The notes under the pieces: generated by a model | The model's input: the letters and a program-made list of their open reading frames with translations, nothing else | Database searches by the model: none | Told to the model about the DNA's origin: nothing | Program-made: the position numbers and the translations under genes | Assembly: GCA_951406725.2 (NCBI GenBank) | Contig: OX597816.1 | Coordinates: forward strand, 142,786,001-142,850,000 | DNA length: 64,000 bases | Origin: Octopus vulgaris | Lineage: Eukaryota | Direction of reading: 5' to 3' | Shown here: positions 27,701 to 41,077 of the stretch, piece by piece | Layout: each line of letters opens with the position of its first letter | Position numbering within the stretch: position 1 is the stretch's first letter

Positions 27701-30287
27701 ATGAATGCTCTTTTAACATAAACATAATGATTTTATTTATATACATATATACACACATACATGCACACGCACAAATACATACTGATGTTAAGCTTCTATA
27801 GCAATTTGTATATTGAATCCCATTATTGTTTTTGTTAATATAATTTTTTGATAAAGGAATCTAAATTTTTTTCATGCCAAGTTTAAATTTATTTTTTCAT
27901 TTATTTCTGTTCACAATTTTATTTTATAAAAAGAATGAAAATATTATTTTATTGTTTATCATCATCATTATTATTATTAATAATGATGATTTATTATTAT
28001 ATCATCATTAATAATGTTTGAAACATATTTCAGATTGCCTTGTTTCAAATTTTCAGCGTGAGATATTTTTCAAAAACACTTGTAATACTTGTCAGCATGT
28101 TATTTTTGTAAAGTATTTCTGAAATGAAAATTACTATTGGTCTTTAATATTGATGCTTATTAAAATTTTCTACATGTGTGTGCCTGTATAAAATGTGTGT
28201 GTGTGTGTGTGTATAGGTATAGTAAATGTATGAATTAACTCATAGTAAGCTCTACTAAAACAAACCACTCTATAGGGTGTAAAAACTACGTTGATATGGT
28301 GGAAGGCAGTTTTAAACAGTATTACTTCAACCACACATTAGCCTTCAAAGAAAAAGGAATATGATAAAATAGATATATCTGGTATTTAAAAGAGCATGCC
28401 ACTGAATTTAACTTTAAGTAGAAAATTGTAGACAGGAATAGACCATGTATCTGAAGCGTGTAATTTATGTATAGCTGAGAAAAGGACTAATCTTGAATGT
28501 CAGCAATCCCAATAAAATTGCCACCACTTTTGCTAATAGTTAAGATTTTGGAAATGCACACAAGCTCTTGATTAAGCTAGCTAATGTTGATCTATTATAT
28601 ACACCTTTTTATTATTAGTTTTGTTTTATGTATATTTTCACAATACCCTAAATACTATTCTTCTACTAACCCCCAACAAACCATTTTTAAGAACTCCTTA
28701 ATCCATGAATGATTTCAGACATTCTTTCAAAGTTTTTTTTTTATTTTGAAAAATGTAAAAGAAATCCCCTAGCTCAGCCAAGAGGTTTAAATACAATTGT
28801 GCCCCTTGTAACATCTCAGTGATGGCACATAACTGAAATCCATTAATGCATTCTACAAATTCATGATTTGTGTTAGTTGGTGTGTTTTTTATGGACAGTC
28901 ACTAGTTTTATATCATCTGATGATTACTTAAATATCATGAAACTATTGATAATAATGCATTAGTTCATACACTGACTATACCGATAATATTTTATTAGCT
29001 AAAGATATACCATCTCAAGAATCTACTTTGATGCCAATGTATTTAACAAGATAAGTATGTTGGCATAAAATTCTAAGTTTTTGAGTTACTATAGCCTCTC
29101 AATTAGTAAAAAAAATATATAAATGCTCTTTCATGTATTGAGCTATATTTCTCACATTTGTAAAATTGAATATATATACAAGTATTCAAATTTGCTTGAA
29201 GCATTACAGAATATTAAAAATAAAAAGTGGGATTTAGAAAGTTGCAGCAATGTAGCTGAAGAGTAAGTATAAATGAGAGGAAAGAGATTAAACTGTTATG
29301 CTAAAATATTACATATCATTTCAGGTCAATCTTCTATGAAGAGTGTTAAGAACAGAACACATTTAGATTTTTTACAGTTTCTAGTCTGTATGAGATGGTA
29401 AATTATATGTTTAGGTATGAATAATTTTGGGGTGAATATTTGCTTGTTCTTAACATGTCTAAGCAGGCTCAAACACTACAGTGTATGTCTTATATCCTTT
29501 TTATGACATCAGTGTGTTCAACACACTCATCTCAATGGCACATGGCATTCTGGGACACCAGATTTTGATATGTTGTCTCTCATCAGTCAGAACTCTAAAG
29601 CTAAGCTGCTGGCTTTATTTATACTTTCAGTGAACAAGCTGTTTTCTGATCAGTGCTTATATTTGCCAACTGATAAAAAGTTACTTGCATATTTAACAGT
29701 TTGGTTCAAATGCAAATTATGGTAGCTAGTGGGTTGCAAATTATGTTGCATAAAGTATTATTCAGAGTTATTTTACCAGGAATCTATTGTCAGTGAGTAG
29801 GTTAAGAGCTACAAGTCTAAAGAAAAAGTGGGGTCAAAAGCTGTGTTGTATGAAGAACAGTGGGAATGGCTAGATTAGCCAATGAGCATTGTTTAATTCT
29901 TGTTAATCATTGATGGCTGGTTTGTGTTGTCTAATGAGAATAGCTCCTTTGATCTTAAAGTTCCTGACATTTTGGTCTTGCAGCTCAAATAGGTAATATC
30001 AGATCATGGTTCTGATATTTATGCAGCTGCTTTTTGGTTGATGAGGAGTATTTGTATGGAGTTGTTTTTTTTTTTATGCAAATGTGTTGAACCATGCAGT
30101 CATTGTAGCAATCACTACATTTAGTGCACTGTCTTGTGCACCAAATCCAGGGCCATTTTCCAGTCTTATCTCTCTTTATAAAGAGGTATTTTCATCCAGT
30201 CTTAGTTTATTAAATGTTTTAAAGTAAAAGTTTAACCTTTGCCTAACTGAATCACTGTAGCTATGTATATGTGTGTATGTATGTATG

Positions 30288-30335
<48 letters not shown>

Positions 30336-32426
30336 CTTGTGCTTGTGCGTCTACTTTGATATAAATGATGCATTTCCTTTTACTTTTTTCTTTTGAAACT
30401 ATGATTTATGGAATCTAGTTAGGTCTACATGCATGTGTTTCAGAATAATTAATTTCACTATATTTTTTTTCCTGTGTGTTGTTGACAATAATGAAGGTAA
30501 ATGTATAAAGGTATTTGCATTTGGGAATTGATATTATTATTTTTTTATAATACATCACATTGAAGTTTCATTATTATTTAATATCATTGTGTTCAGTTAA
30601 GTCTCTTTGTTTTTGTTAATTTTTAAAAATTTATATCTCCTTTAATCTTGCTTTTAGAAATAACTTCACCTTTCATCCTATGTATAAGAAGTTATTGATT
30701 GTGGAATTGTGTGTGGATGTGTTTGTGTGTGTGTGTGTGTGTGCATGCATATGAGTGTAAGCACTCACACCTACATGGAAGATGGATGTTATATATACAC
30801 GCATACACACACACTACCATACTTACAGAAAGTAGTGATTTGACAGTTGTTAGAGCAAAGGAGTAGTAGTTTTGGCTCTCTGTGGTCAATTTTACTTTTC
30901 ATCCTTTCACACTCAGTATAATAATGTACCAACCCAAGGCAGTGTATTAGTAGAAATTGTTCATGTCAAACAAGATTCCTTGTTCTGGTTCTGTACATTC
31001 TGAGTTCAAATCCTGATATGGCCTATCTGATTGATAGAGTTAATCCATTGCCTGATTTAATTCCACTATCTGACACCTTAGATTCCTTTAGCAGAATTCA
31101 CTCTGTTGTGAGCATTGTTCCAAGTGTCTGGTCTTAAAATAACTTCTTCACTAGCCTTAGGGGCCCCAAAAAAGTAAAAGGTCACAGATGCTGTCCTTCC
31201 CTTTCTGACTTGGCAGGGAAAAAATATTTATGAAAAGAGCTATAGAACTAAATGACTTGCGATATATAGTTTCATATTTTTACATTCTGAATTCAAATGC
31301 TCCAGTAGACAATTTTATTAATAACTCAATCAAATAGTGGTCGATTTAATCAACCATTCACTCTCCAAAATGTGTGATTTTTTTTTCTTTTTTGCTCTTG
31401 TTTTTTTATTTCATTTCAACCATCATGCTATAAACTCAGCTTTGTGTGTTAAAAATCATTATTTTGATTATTATTCTTTTCATTGCTCTCATCATCATAA
31501 CACTGAAGTTATGTTAAAGTTTGACATTATTGCATTTAAAAAAATCTATTGGTAAAACAAGTTGGGTCTTTTTATAAAGAAATAATGAATTAATTGTATA
31601 GTTGAAGAACTGGTTAGTATTCCATCTTCACATGACTGGAAGATACCATTCAACTAACACACATGCATACACACACTAGGAAATCTATCTGCTTTAAGTT
31701 ATCATAGTTCTACAACAAATTTAGTCATGATGTTAATGTGTTTCCTTTAGATAAAGTTGTTGACTTCTCTAATTTGCAATGTCTCCATATTCACTTAAGA
31801 ATTAAAAGGAAATATTTTTTTACTCTGTGAGACTTAACTACATAAGTAAAGGTTTGGGTGGAAATAATGAGTTTGTTGAGAAACCCAGTCTTTCAGCAGT
31901 ATAACCAAGCAAATAACTACATAACAACAATGATAATAATAAATTTGAATTATTAGCCTCAGGCTAAACAATAATAATGTGCCAAGAAAGAAATCTCCTG
32001 GGATTGTTTGACTTATTAGAAAAAGCAGTTTTAAATGTCTCCCTACTATCTTAAAAACACATTAAATAATTACAAACTTATTACCAGTTGAAATGTGCTT
32101 GAGGTATATTTGAACCTGTAAGAAGGCCATCCACTGTGTTTTGTCATAGAGAAAATTTCTGTTTGCTGACAAATGGGTGTAAATATACCAAATCAGCTTG
32201 CAGCACAACATGACCAGACTGGGATGCATGCAATTCAGAATAGTTACCTCCTCTTCAGTCACAAAAACTGGACAAGACAGCACTGCTAGCTGACATTAGA
32301 GACTCTCTCCCTTATGATATTCCGATCATCATTCAGTTATTAGTAGCGCTATTTGGCAGCTCATCGTAAATAAACTATGGGGTGAGAGCACTGAACAGTG
32401 ATGTGTATAGATACACATAACTATAT

Positions 32427-32651
32427 CTGGCAGAAACGTTAGCACGTCGGGCAAAATGCTTAGCAGTATTTCGTCTGCCGCTACGTTCTGAGTTCGAATT
32501 CAGCTGAGATCAACTTTGCCTTTCATCCTTTTGGTGGTCAATTAAATAAGTACCAGTTATGCACTGGGGTCGATATGATCAACTTAATCCCTTTGTCTGT
32601 CCTTGTTTGTCCCCTCTGTGTGTAGACTCTTGTGGGCAGTAAAGAAATAAG
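32427..32651 (+). mobile_element. Young tRNA-derived SINE with central conserved core
   Basis: CTGGCAGAAACGTTAGCACG...GTTCTGAGTTCGAATTC (B box)...GCCTTTCATCCTTT...AAGTACCAG...AAAGAAATA. A reverse copy lies at 55880-56104. Confidence 0.85.
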
Positions 32652-33179
32652 ATACAAACTGAAGAGATAACTACTCTGAAATGCATGCATCCCACAGTCT
32701 GGTTAGGAGGTGCTGCAAGCTGATTCAGTGCATTTACATCCATTTGTCAACAAATAGTAACAAGCTTGTATTCATACACATCACTGCTAAGCGCTGTCTT
32801 CCCAAACATTAAATAATATATTCCTACAAACCCCTAAGAAGACTGAATGCTCACAGATAGAATTAAATTGCTTATTTTTAAGTTGTAGTTTAAGTGGCTG
32901 GATATCTTACAGATACTTGTACAATTAAAGTAATCAAGAGGTAGACATACAGTGGAACATACAGTGTGTGGCAAAACTTGTCCTTTGAATAACAGTTACA
33001 ATTCCTCATATAGACTTCCGCACTGTTCCATCTACCAGGTTTCCCTCAAAAGACAAACTGAGACTGGTAAAAGATGCTTGTCCAAGATGCCATGTCATAA
33101 GATGGGATCTTAAGATTGCAAAGTTAACTTCTTAACCATCCAGTCATTCCTGCCTCCCCTCCCCACACACACACACTTG

Positions 33180-33217
<38 letters not shown>

Positions 33218-33544
33218 GTGTGTGTAGGGAGATAAACCTTTTGACTCTAGCTTTCCTCAGAAACATCAACTTTGTTACCTAATCAAGAGATCAATGACTA
33301 GTAATGCTTTAGTTACCATGAAACTTACTTTCTACCCAGGTTTTCCATTGACAACAATTCCTATTAAAAGTTAAACTGTATCAACTTTCAATGAGTGATC
33401 TCCTATTCAAATGTTGTTTGAAGTTACTATACATGTTGCTCCACTTCCCTCAACTAACAAATTAATAAACTGATTAGATGACGTATAATTTGTCTATAAA
33501 GTAATTTGATAAATGTTAAACCATTTATGAAACTAAATCAATAT

Positions 33545-33806
33545 GTTACCCTTGCCGATCAGATTGGATTATTACCCCTGCTGATCATATTGGATTGTTA
33601 CCCCTGCTGATCAGAGGTTACTGGTTTGTTATCCCTGCTGGTCAATGATTGGTTTATTATCTCAACTGATCAATGATTGGTTTATTATCTCAACTAGTCA
33701 AAAATTGGTTTGTTCTCCCTGCTGGTCAAAAGCTATTGGTTTATTGACCCAACTAATTGAAAGTTGGTTTGTTGTCTCAGCTGATTGATGGTTGGTTTGT
33801 TATTCC
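33545..33806. repeat. Minisatellite, ~26-27 bp unit, ~10 degenerate copies
   Basis: Recurring ATTGG(A/T)TT(A/G)TTA(C/T)CCCTGCTGATCA unit. Confidence 0.85.
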
Positions 33807-36800
33807 AGACACAGCATTCATCAGCCCAGTCCACATAGCTGTAAATAGATATCTTCATAAGTATCATTTATTGATGCAATTAAAGAGTATTTTGTTAGCT
33901 TGCCATATCAAATTTAAATACTTCCTTGGGCCAGGAGCAACAATAACTACTTTTCATATTTTATTCTATCCAGAAAATATTCTGAAATTGGAAAAAATCT
34001 TTAATATTTTCATAAATATTCCACCATCTTTTCCCATTGCCAAGTCATATCTCAAGCTTCAAGATGTCTTCCAAAACATTGTTAATTGTCTTATAGTTTG
34101 GTAATATTTTGAATTGAAGTATTTTGTTAGACTTCAAAGCTGAATGGGAAACAGATGGTAGTGGTAGTAGTAATGGTAGTAGTAAACATTAAAACATAAT
34201 AATGAATACTGTATAAATCTTTAATGACTGATACAAAGAGACTTGAAGTAAAATGCACACACACAGAAAGCAATGATATAATCAAGACGATATTAATTAT
34301 AGCAGCTGTCTTTACCAAGATTTATTTCTCAATGTATGTGTTTATGTGTCTGCATTATGTATGTGTATACTAATGGCTGTCTTAAGGATTACAGCACTAG
34401 ATAATGACTATAGTTGTCGTGTGTGTTTGTTAGCAAGCTGCATCAAAAATGAAGCAATTCTTGGCAGCTCAAGTTTCACATTTATGTCGTAGCCTGCATT
34501 AATTTAGTATTACAGATTGGACAACTCTGTGTGTGTATGTATTATGTTGATTTTAGTCAAAGTTCATTATCTGATCAGCATTCTAATCATGCCCATGCTC
34601 TTAAGATTAAAAATACTTTAAAATATGTTGTCTCCATTTTAACTGTGGTTGTTTTGTTGGGGGGTTTTTTGTGGGTGATTTGGATGTTTTACTCTGGCTA
34701 TTCTGTTTTGTTTATCCTTTATTGTTTACTGCTACACAATTTGTCAAAACCAGATTGCATCTTACAAATGTTCTCAAAATATTCTGCCAAACACATTGAT
34801 TTTTTTTTTAATTCCTTCTGTTTCAATTGTCCAAAATAGATTTTCTCTATACTTATTCTTATAGTTTTCCCAAGATGGTAGTTTTGTTGTTCTATTTTCA
34901 ATGAAATATATATATATTCACACACACATTCATATTGTCTATTATTAAAGTATTCACTAAACATAGAACTTCATATTGAATTAAAATGTTTCTTTAAATG
35001 TAGCTTGAACTTTCAACTAGTAAGAGCATTTCTCAAATATATTGTTGTCATATTGAAATATATTGTTCTCATTTGTTTTAAATCTATCTCGCCTTTTGGC
35101 TGTTATTTAGAAATTGTTCATACATTATTTTCTATTTGCTATATATTTCATATCACTTACAATACATATTTCATATCACTACAATACATTAGACAACTCC
35201 CTCTCTTATATATGTATGGAAAAGTATGATAAACACAAGATGTAGTTTATATCATTTCTACCCTGTGCACATTTCACCATTGTGGTTATTTGCATCATCT
35301 GCAGTAAGTTTCAAAGTGCAATTAGATGCTGAATCATAAATAGCAGTTGTGCACCTAACTGTAGACACAGGAAATACTCTGTGTGTGTGTGTCTGTCAAA
35401 TTATAACACTTGCTCCTTATTACATGCATAAAATAACCTATCAAAATGTTGCAGTTATACTATAGAAAAGCCATTCCAGCCATTTATCACACACACACAA
35501 ACTGTTGAATTCACTTTTTAACATATTTCATAAGGAGTCAAATATGTGTCCCACAACTGCAACCTGGTCATTGACATAGTTCAACCAAAACTCACCTCAT
35601 TAAATAAATTAAAAGTGAATTTAACATTTTATAATGTGGTAAAAAATATGGTGACAATACCACTTTATTTACTAGAACTCTAAATGGTATTTCTTTTTAC
35701 AAAATATAGACCAATGAATATTTAAAGTTATCTTCATTTCTTATTTTCTTTATTTTCAACTTGGAAACCAAGCACACACATTTTTGGGAGCCAACCCTGG
35801 CTTTACCCATCAGAAAAATTACAGTGGGATTGCTCACCCTAAGCAATCTTTGGTGCTTTTTACTACTTGATATAGTTAGCCAAAACCTGGACTATTCCTG
35901 AGAGCACTTATAGTACCCACCTGGATAATTTATCCCTGTACACTCATTGTATATGTAAAGTGTGTGTGCTCTAAACTTAAACTTATTCTGTTTTATGTCA
36001 ATGTATTATTTCACGTCTACTAATAACTTCATGGATCTTGAATATTCTGAGGTTACTATCTTGTCTTTTTCTTGTTGCTTCAGGACTTACTGTAAGTTAA
36101 TACTTAACTTCTCCTAGCATGTAGATACACTCTTTGGCTAATTGCAACTTTCCATGATCTATACATGCTGTCAATCCTTTATAACATCTGCACAACTTTT
36201 CCCTTTCCGCTAGGTTCCATTTCTTCCTGCTTCCACAAACCATTTCTGAAATGCTTAAAATCTTCAAAAATGATCCTGTTTCACTTCAAATCTTTTTTAA
36301 CAGGTTTCTCTTTAGTTTTAGATATATACTTACATGTTTCCTATTCTACACGCTTCACTGAAGATCTCTCATCTATCTGATTTCATAGAGCCTTTGTGGG
36401 TCACTCCTTACTCCAAATCAAAGTAATATGTATATATTCAATGGGTGAGAAGACACTAGTATAAACAAATAATAGATGAATACTGCATATTAGTCCAAAT
36501 TCTTAAAAAGCCAACCTCCTAATCAAGGTAGAATATTCTGCAGAGCAAGATTGGCTATAAAAAATGTATGATTTGAGCATATAATAAAAATACATGAGAC
36601 AAACAGACATATATATATATATATATATATATATGCCAGATAAGTGATGTCATGTGTGTGTTAAATAAGGTAACAAGGCCAAGGCAATGTGATATTTCTA
36701 AGACATTTATAAAGAGAAAGGTGGTCTTACAGCTGTTTCAGGGAAATAAAGGATATTCAATCATCAGAGATGAGTTAAGAGAGTTGCAGTAGTTAGTAGA

Positions 36801-36894
36801 GTTCATTATATACAAAGTTATTTTGGAAAGGGAGAGATACAGAATGTATAAAGGGAAATAGGAAAATAAAAATACATGTATATATTTATATGTA

Positions 36895-37070
36895 AACATG
36901 CCTATGTGGATAAGAAGTTCACTTCCCAACCATGTGGTCTCAGGTTCATTCCCACTACTTGGTACCCTGGGCAAGTGTCTTCTCTAGCCTTGTGTCAACC
37001 AAAGCTTTGTGAGTGGATTTGATAGATAGAAACTAAAGTTCATTGTGTGTGTGTGTGTGTGTGTGTGTGT
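36895..37070 (+). mobile_element. 5' half of tRNA-derived SINE (family of 4911-5263) ending in (GT)n
   Basis: TTCCCAACCATGTGG...GGTTCATTCCCACT...GGGCAAGTGTCTT...TTGTGAGTGGATTTG. Confidence 0.75.
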
Positions 37071-39146
37071 TTGAAAGTGCTCGTACATCCTTATATATGC
37101 ACACAACATATAATCATTGAATAATCATTGAAGCTAGAAATAAACCTCATCCAATCTTGTCTTGATGTCATTTCTTACACCTCCATTTATTTAAAGTTCA
37201 CAAGATGTTTAGGTTCTTGTTGAATATTCACCTTTGTATAGCCTCTTTTTTTTTTTTTGTTCCTTCTCCATACATATTAGGAAACTGATTACAGTTTCTT
37301 TTTTTAACATTTCTCTCATTTTCAGTAGAATAAGTCAGTTGGTGAAGAGAGTTGTTACTGAGCTGGTTTTAGGTGTTGCCCAAACTGTCAGTTGTAAAAA
37401 GAGTTATACATATATAATGCTAGCAGTGTTAAAATGGTTGAAATATCCTATTTTTTTCATAATATGTATATATTAATGTTAGGGTTATTTGATGACAAAT
37501 AACATTTACTGGTTAAAAGAGTCAATACTAAATGTAGAGTCAAATTTATTATGAGAAAATAGTTAACTCTGACTTGTATCACCTATCTCAAAGCTTATTC
37601 AGTTTGTTTTTAACAAACCTTGAGACAGGCAAAGCTTGAAGTCAGTCAACCTATTTTTATGTATGTTTGTATCTTTAAGTTGCTTTCTTTGCCAAGAGAT
37701 CTAATCTATGATCATGTGTTAGGAATAAGACAACTGTAGTGTGGTAGATTTATTATAGTCATTAAACGTATGTGTTCATGGTTGTATTCACTTTATTTTA
37801 TCATTTTGCAATAATATATATTATTAGCTATCAAAGTCGTTTCCTGTACATCTATGATCAGGTCACTTTATTTCACTGATAGTTTGCCTCACTGTATCTT
37901 GATTTATATTCCACTTCACTGTGATACAATAAAATAGAATATCAATAATATTAAGTATTTTGATAAGAAACAGTGTATTATTATTGTTGATGGTATTATT
38001 ACTATTAGAAATATTAAAATAAAACAAATGTTGCTGTGAGTGTGTGTGCTTTAATATCTGCAATACTGTTCCACAATACAGATTATGTATATGCTCTCTC
38101 TTACATGCATGATAGAATATAATTAAGACAAAATTTATATTCTGTTTATTGTTGCTTTTAATTAATCTGAGATTAATTTCCTTTTAATTTCTTACAAACT
38201 ACCTATTCTAAAGTGGTATAAATTAAAATCCTCTGTCTATATTTAATGTCAGTTTATGTTTTAGATATTAGCTTCAATAAATACAAAATCATTTTACTGA
38301 ATTTTTCATTATTTTAAAAGTTAATTGAAACAGTGACAAATATTTTAACAAAACAATATTTTAACAAAAATATGGTAACAAGATTTAAACCTTCCATGCT
38401 AAAATATTTTGTCCCTGGAAAATAAATTAATTTGAACACTAAAGATTTTCATCTTATTTTCTTAACTATTTTGATTTTGTTTTTTCTTCTTTGCTTTCAT
38501 GGAAAAGAAAGTTTTTGACAAATGATTGTTGATCCAAGAAACTAATTATAGTTTTCTGAAACAAGCCATTAATAGTAATGCTACATAAATATCACCATTG
38601 TACTGATTATTTATAACACCCACTTTCTTTTCATGTTCAAAATAATGGAAACACATGTGTGTTTATAAAGAATTTAGCGAGCTGAAGAAATCATTTTTGT
38701 CTTCCGGTCTGTAACGTAAACCCATTACAATGTTCGATTGAGAATTAGTGATTTATTATTCAAATCCTCTTTTTCACTCAGCTTACCACTGTTGTCTGTA
38801 TTGTTTGATGTATGTTCGTGTTGTTTTCTCTGATGTCTCCATTATGTTATCCTCAGCTGCTACATTTAGTTCTGTATTGACAATTTGTGTCTTGCAGCAG
38901 TGGGGGGAGGGGGTTGACTTGTACAACTTTTGGTTTCTGTTATTTTATAAAATACAACATATATAGAGAGAAGAAAGACACACACACATTTATGTGCGTA
39001 TGTCTATACGATTATATATGTAATATACATAGTGTTCAGATTTTACCAGGCTTTATGTCATCTGCACTTTGCTTTGCCGTTTTGCTTATATGTCTTTGAT
39101 TTGTTCTTGTTTCTGCCTGCTTCGATGTTCCCCGTTCTTCTCACAG

Positions 39147-39195
39147 TGGAGCAATTGTTGAGTCTTTGGATTAAACCAAGCAACTTCTATTTGGC
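39147..39195 (+). CDS. Candidate alternative NKAIN exon (49 nt)
   Basis: Long AG-free U/C-rich tract ending CCCCGTTCTTCTCACAG, donor GC|GTACGT, CpGs retained nearby. After exon 24628-24712 it reads (S)GAIVESLD-stop (TAA 39172-39174). Confidence 0.45.
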
Positions 39196-40894
39196 GTACG
39201 TATATGAAAAGATAAAATATATATATACATATGTATGTATATGAAACACTTTTTCTTTTATTTATTGTTTTGTATAGCTAGAACAGTTTTTTTCTGTTTA
39301 AACTTGATGTAATTTTGCTGATTATACTGCTTGTTCTCTGCTCCACCATTCAAAAGAGAAAAAAAACTGGAGTATTTTTTGTGTTGTCTTTGATGTTTGG
39401 AATGAATCACTTTGTATTTCAAATGTCTTTATTTTTTTTTTTTGTTTATTGTATTTATTCTTCTCATAAAAAGAGCACAGTGGTGTTGAAACCAAGATCC
39501 TGGAAAATCATTCCTGTGATCTGTGTTCTATCCCTGGTGGTAGCTAATTCACTTTCTTCTCTAATACACCAGTAGATGGGGAGGCGTGACCATTACATAT
39601 CCATTCTGTCATCTTTTTAAATTGATTTAATTGACCATTCATTAATGGCTATTTCTGATAATAGAAGGTGAAGTAATTTATTTTTTATTTCTCTATTATC
39701 TCCAGTGCAGTATTATTCAGCCTCTTCGAAGGTACATGGGACATAGCTTATATGGCCCACAATAGCTGAGAAGTCAGTTCATTAGCTATGTGTTGCACTC
39801 TACTCATGATCAAAACCTTTAAACTTTGAAGGGATTATAATCTACTTAGCTGTAAATAGTTAAAATGTTATGGTACAAATATTGCTATAATTGAATGCTG
39901 GATTCAAAACCTGTCATTGATATAGTTTGGTAATTGCCTAGGTTCTACCAAAATAACCTGCCATAGATTATAATGTAACGTCAACATTTTTAGTTATGTC
40001 CCTCTTATAGTGTAGTCAATAGGTTTCCCTGCTGTCAATGATAATCAATATTGTCTTCTTTAAAAATTGCATTGACAAATGTCAACTGCTGAGCATTCCA
40101 CCCACTTCAGTGTAGATCTGTTGGTATTCCAGCCATAACTTTTTACCTAAAAAGATGATCTTGAGATGCAAAGAGAAAAGACAATTCATAACTGTTGTCT
40201 TCTGCAGCCCTGCTATATGCACTACTACAAATCAATGTGAAAATTTGTATATGGTTACTCAAACCAGCTAAAAACAGCTGTCAAATTTTCTTTATAAAAT
40301 ATTCTTGTTTTAAAAACAGAAGGAAACATTAGATAATAGTTCAGTTCTATTTACACTGGCTTTGAAAGTACAGGTTGATCATGAATGGAATGCTTTTGAT
40401 CATAGGTTTGTGCAGTTGGCTAACTGTAGTTAAACAAAATGCCCACTATTCTCAAACATTTGGAGATCTTAAAAACCACAAAGACTATCAATTATTGCTA
40501 AAGTTTCTCAGGAGAAGACCAGTGTTCATTAGCTTTACAGGCCCTCTTAGACTAGTGATATTGATGCTGTTGATACCCAACCAGAATAATTTGCAAGTTA
40601 TTGTTGTCAAGATAAACCTGAACAAGGAGAAAACCAGAGATTTGCAACACAGTACAACATAGCACAAGCATCGGTTGGTAGTTTTATACTAGGTGGTGCA
40701 TTAGGCTTGTCTCTATCATCTGATGTAGGTCATATTAAAAGCAAAACTACATGCTTTAAATAACTACATGATTAACAGAAAGATTACATTAAACCTTGTT
40801 GCCAACCGCTTTCAGTGAAATGCAAGGATCTATTGTTGACCAATTCTATTTTGCCTTATGCTACTCTGGATACCACCAAAGTTAATAACAGTTA

Positions 40895-41077
40895 ATGTAC
40901 CAGTGCCACATTAAAAGCAGTGTACATTCTGTAAAATGGTTGATATTAGGAAGAGCATCTATCCATAGAAGCCATGCCAAAACAGACAAAATTAAACCTG
41001 GACCACTCTCCAGCTGGCCAATGCCTGTCAAACCATCTAACCCATGCCAGCATGGAGAATGGACATTAAATGATGAT
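40895..41077 (+). mobile_element. Old RTE-type 3' end fragment
   Basis: TTAGGAAGAGCATC...AACCCATGCCAGCATGGAGAATGGACATTAAATGATGAT. Confidence 0.7.

Noticed and set aside
33545-33806. CRISPR-like periodic array (also 1908-2196)
   Set aside because: Eukaryotic context, degenerate head-to-tail units, no unique spacers and no cas genes
39481-39547. Possible terminal exon SGVETKILENHSCDLCSIPGGS-stop
   Set aside because: Purine-rich acceptor context (AAAAAGAGCACAG) and no other support
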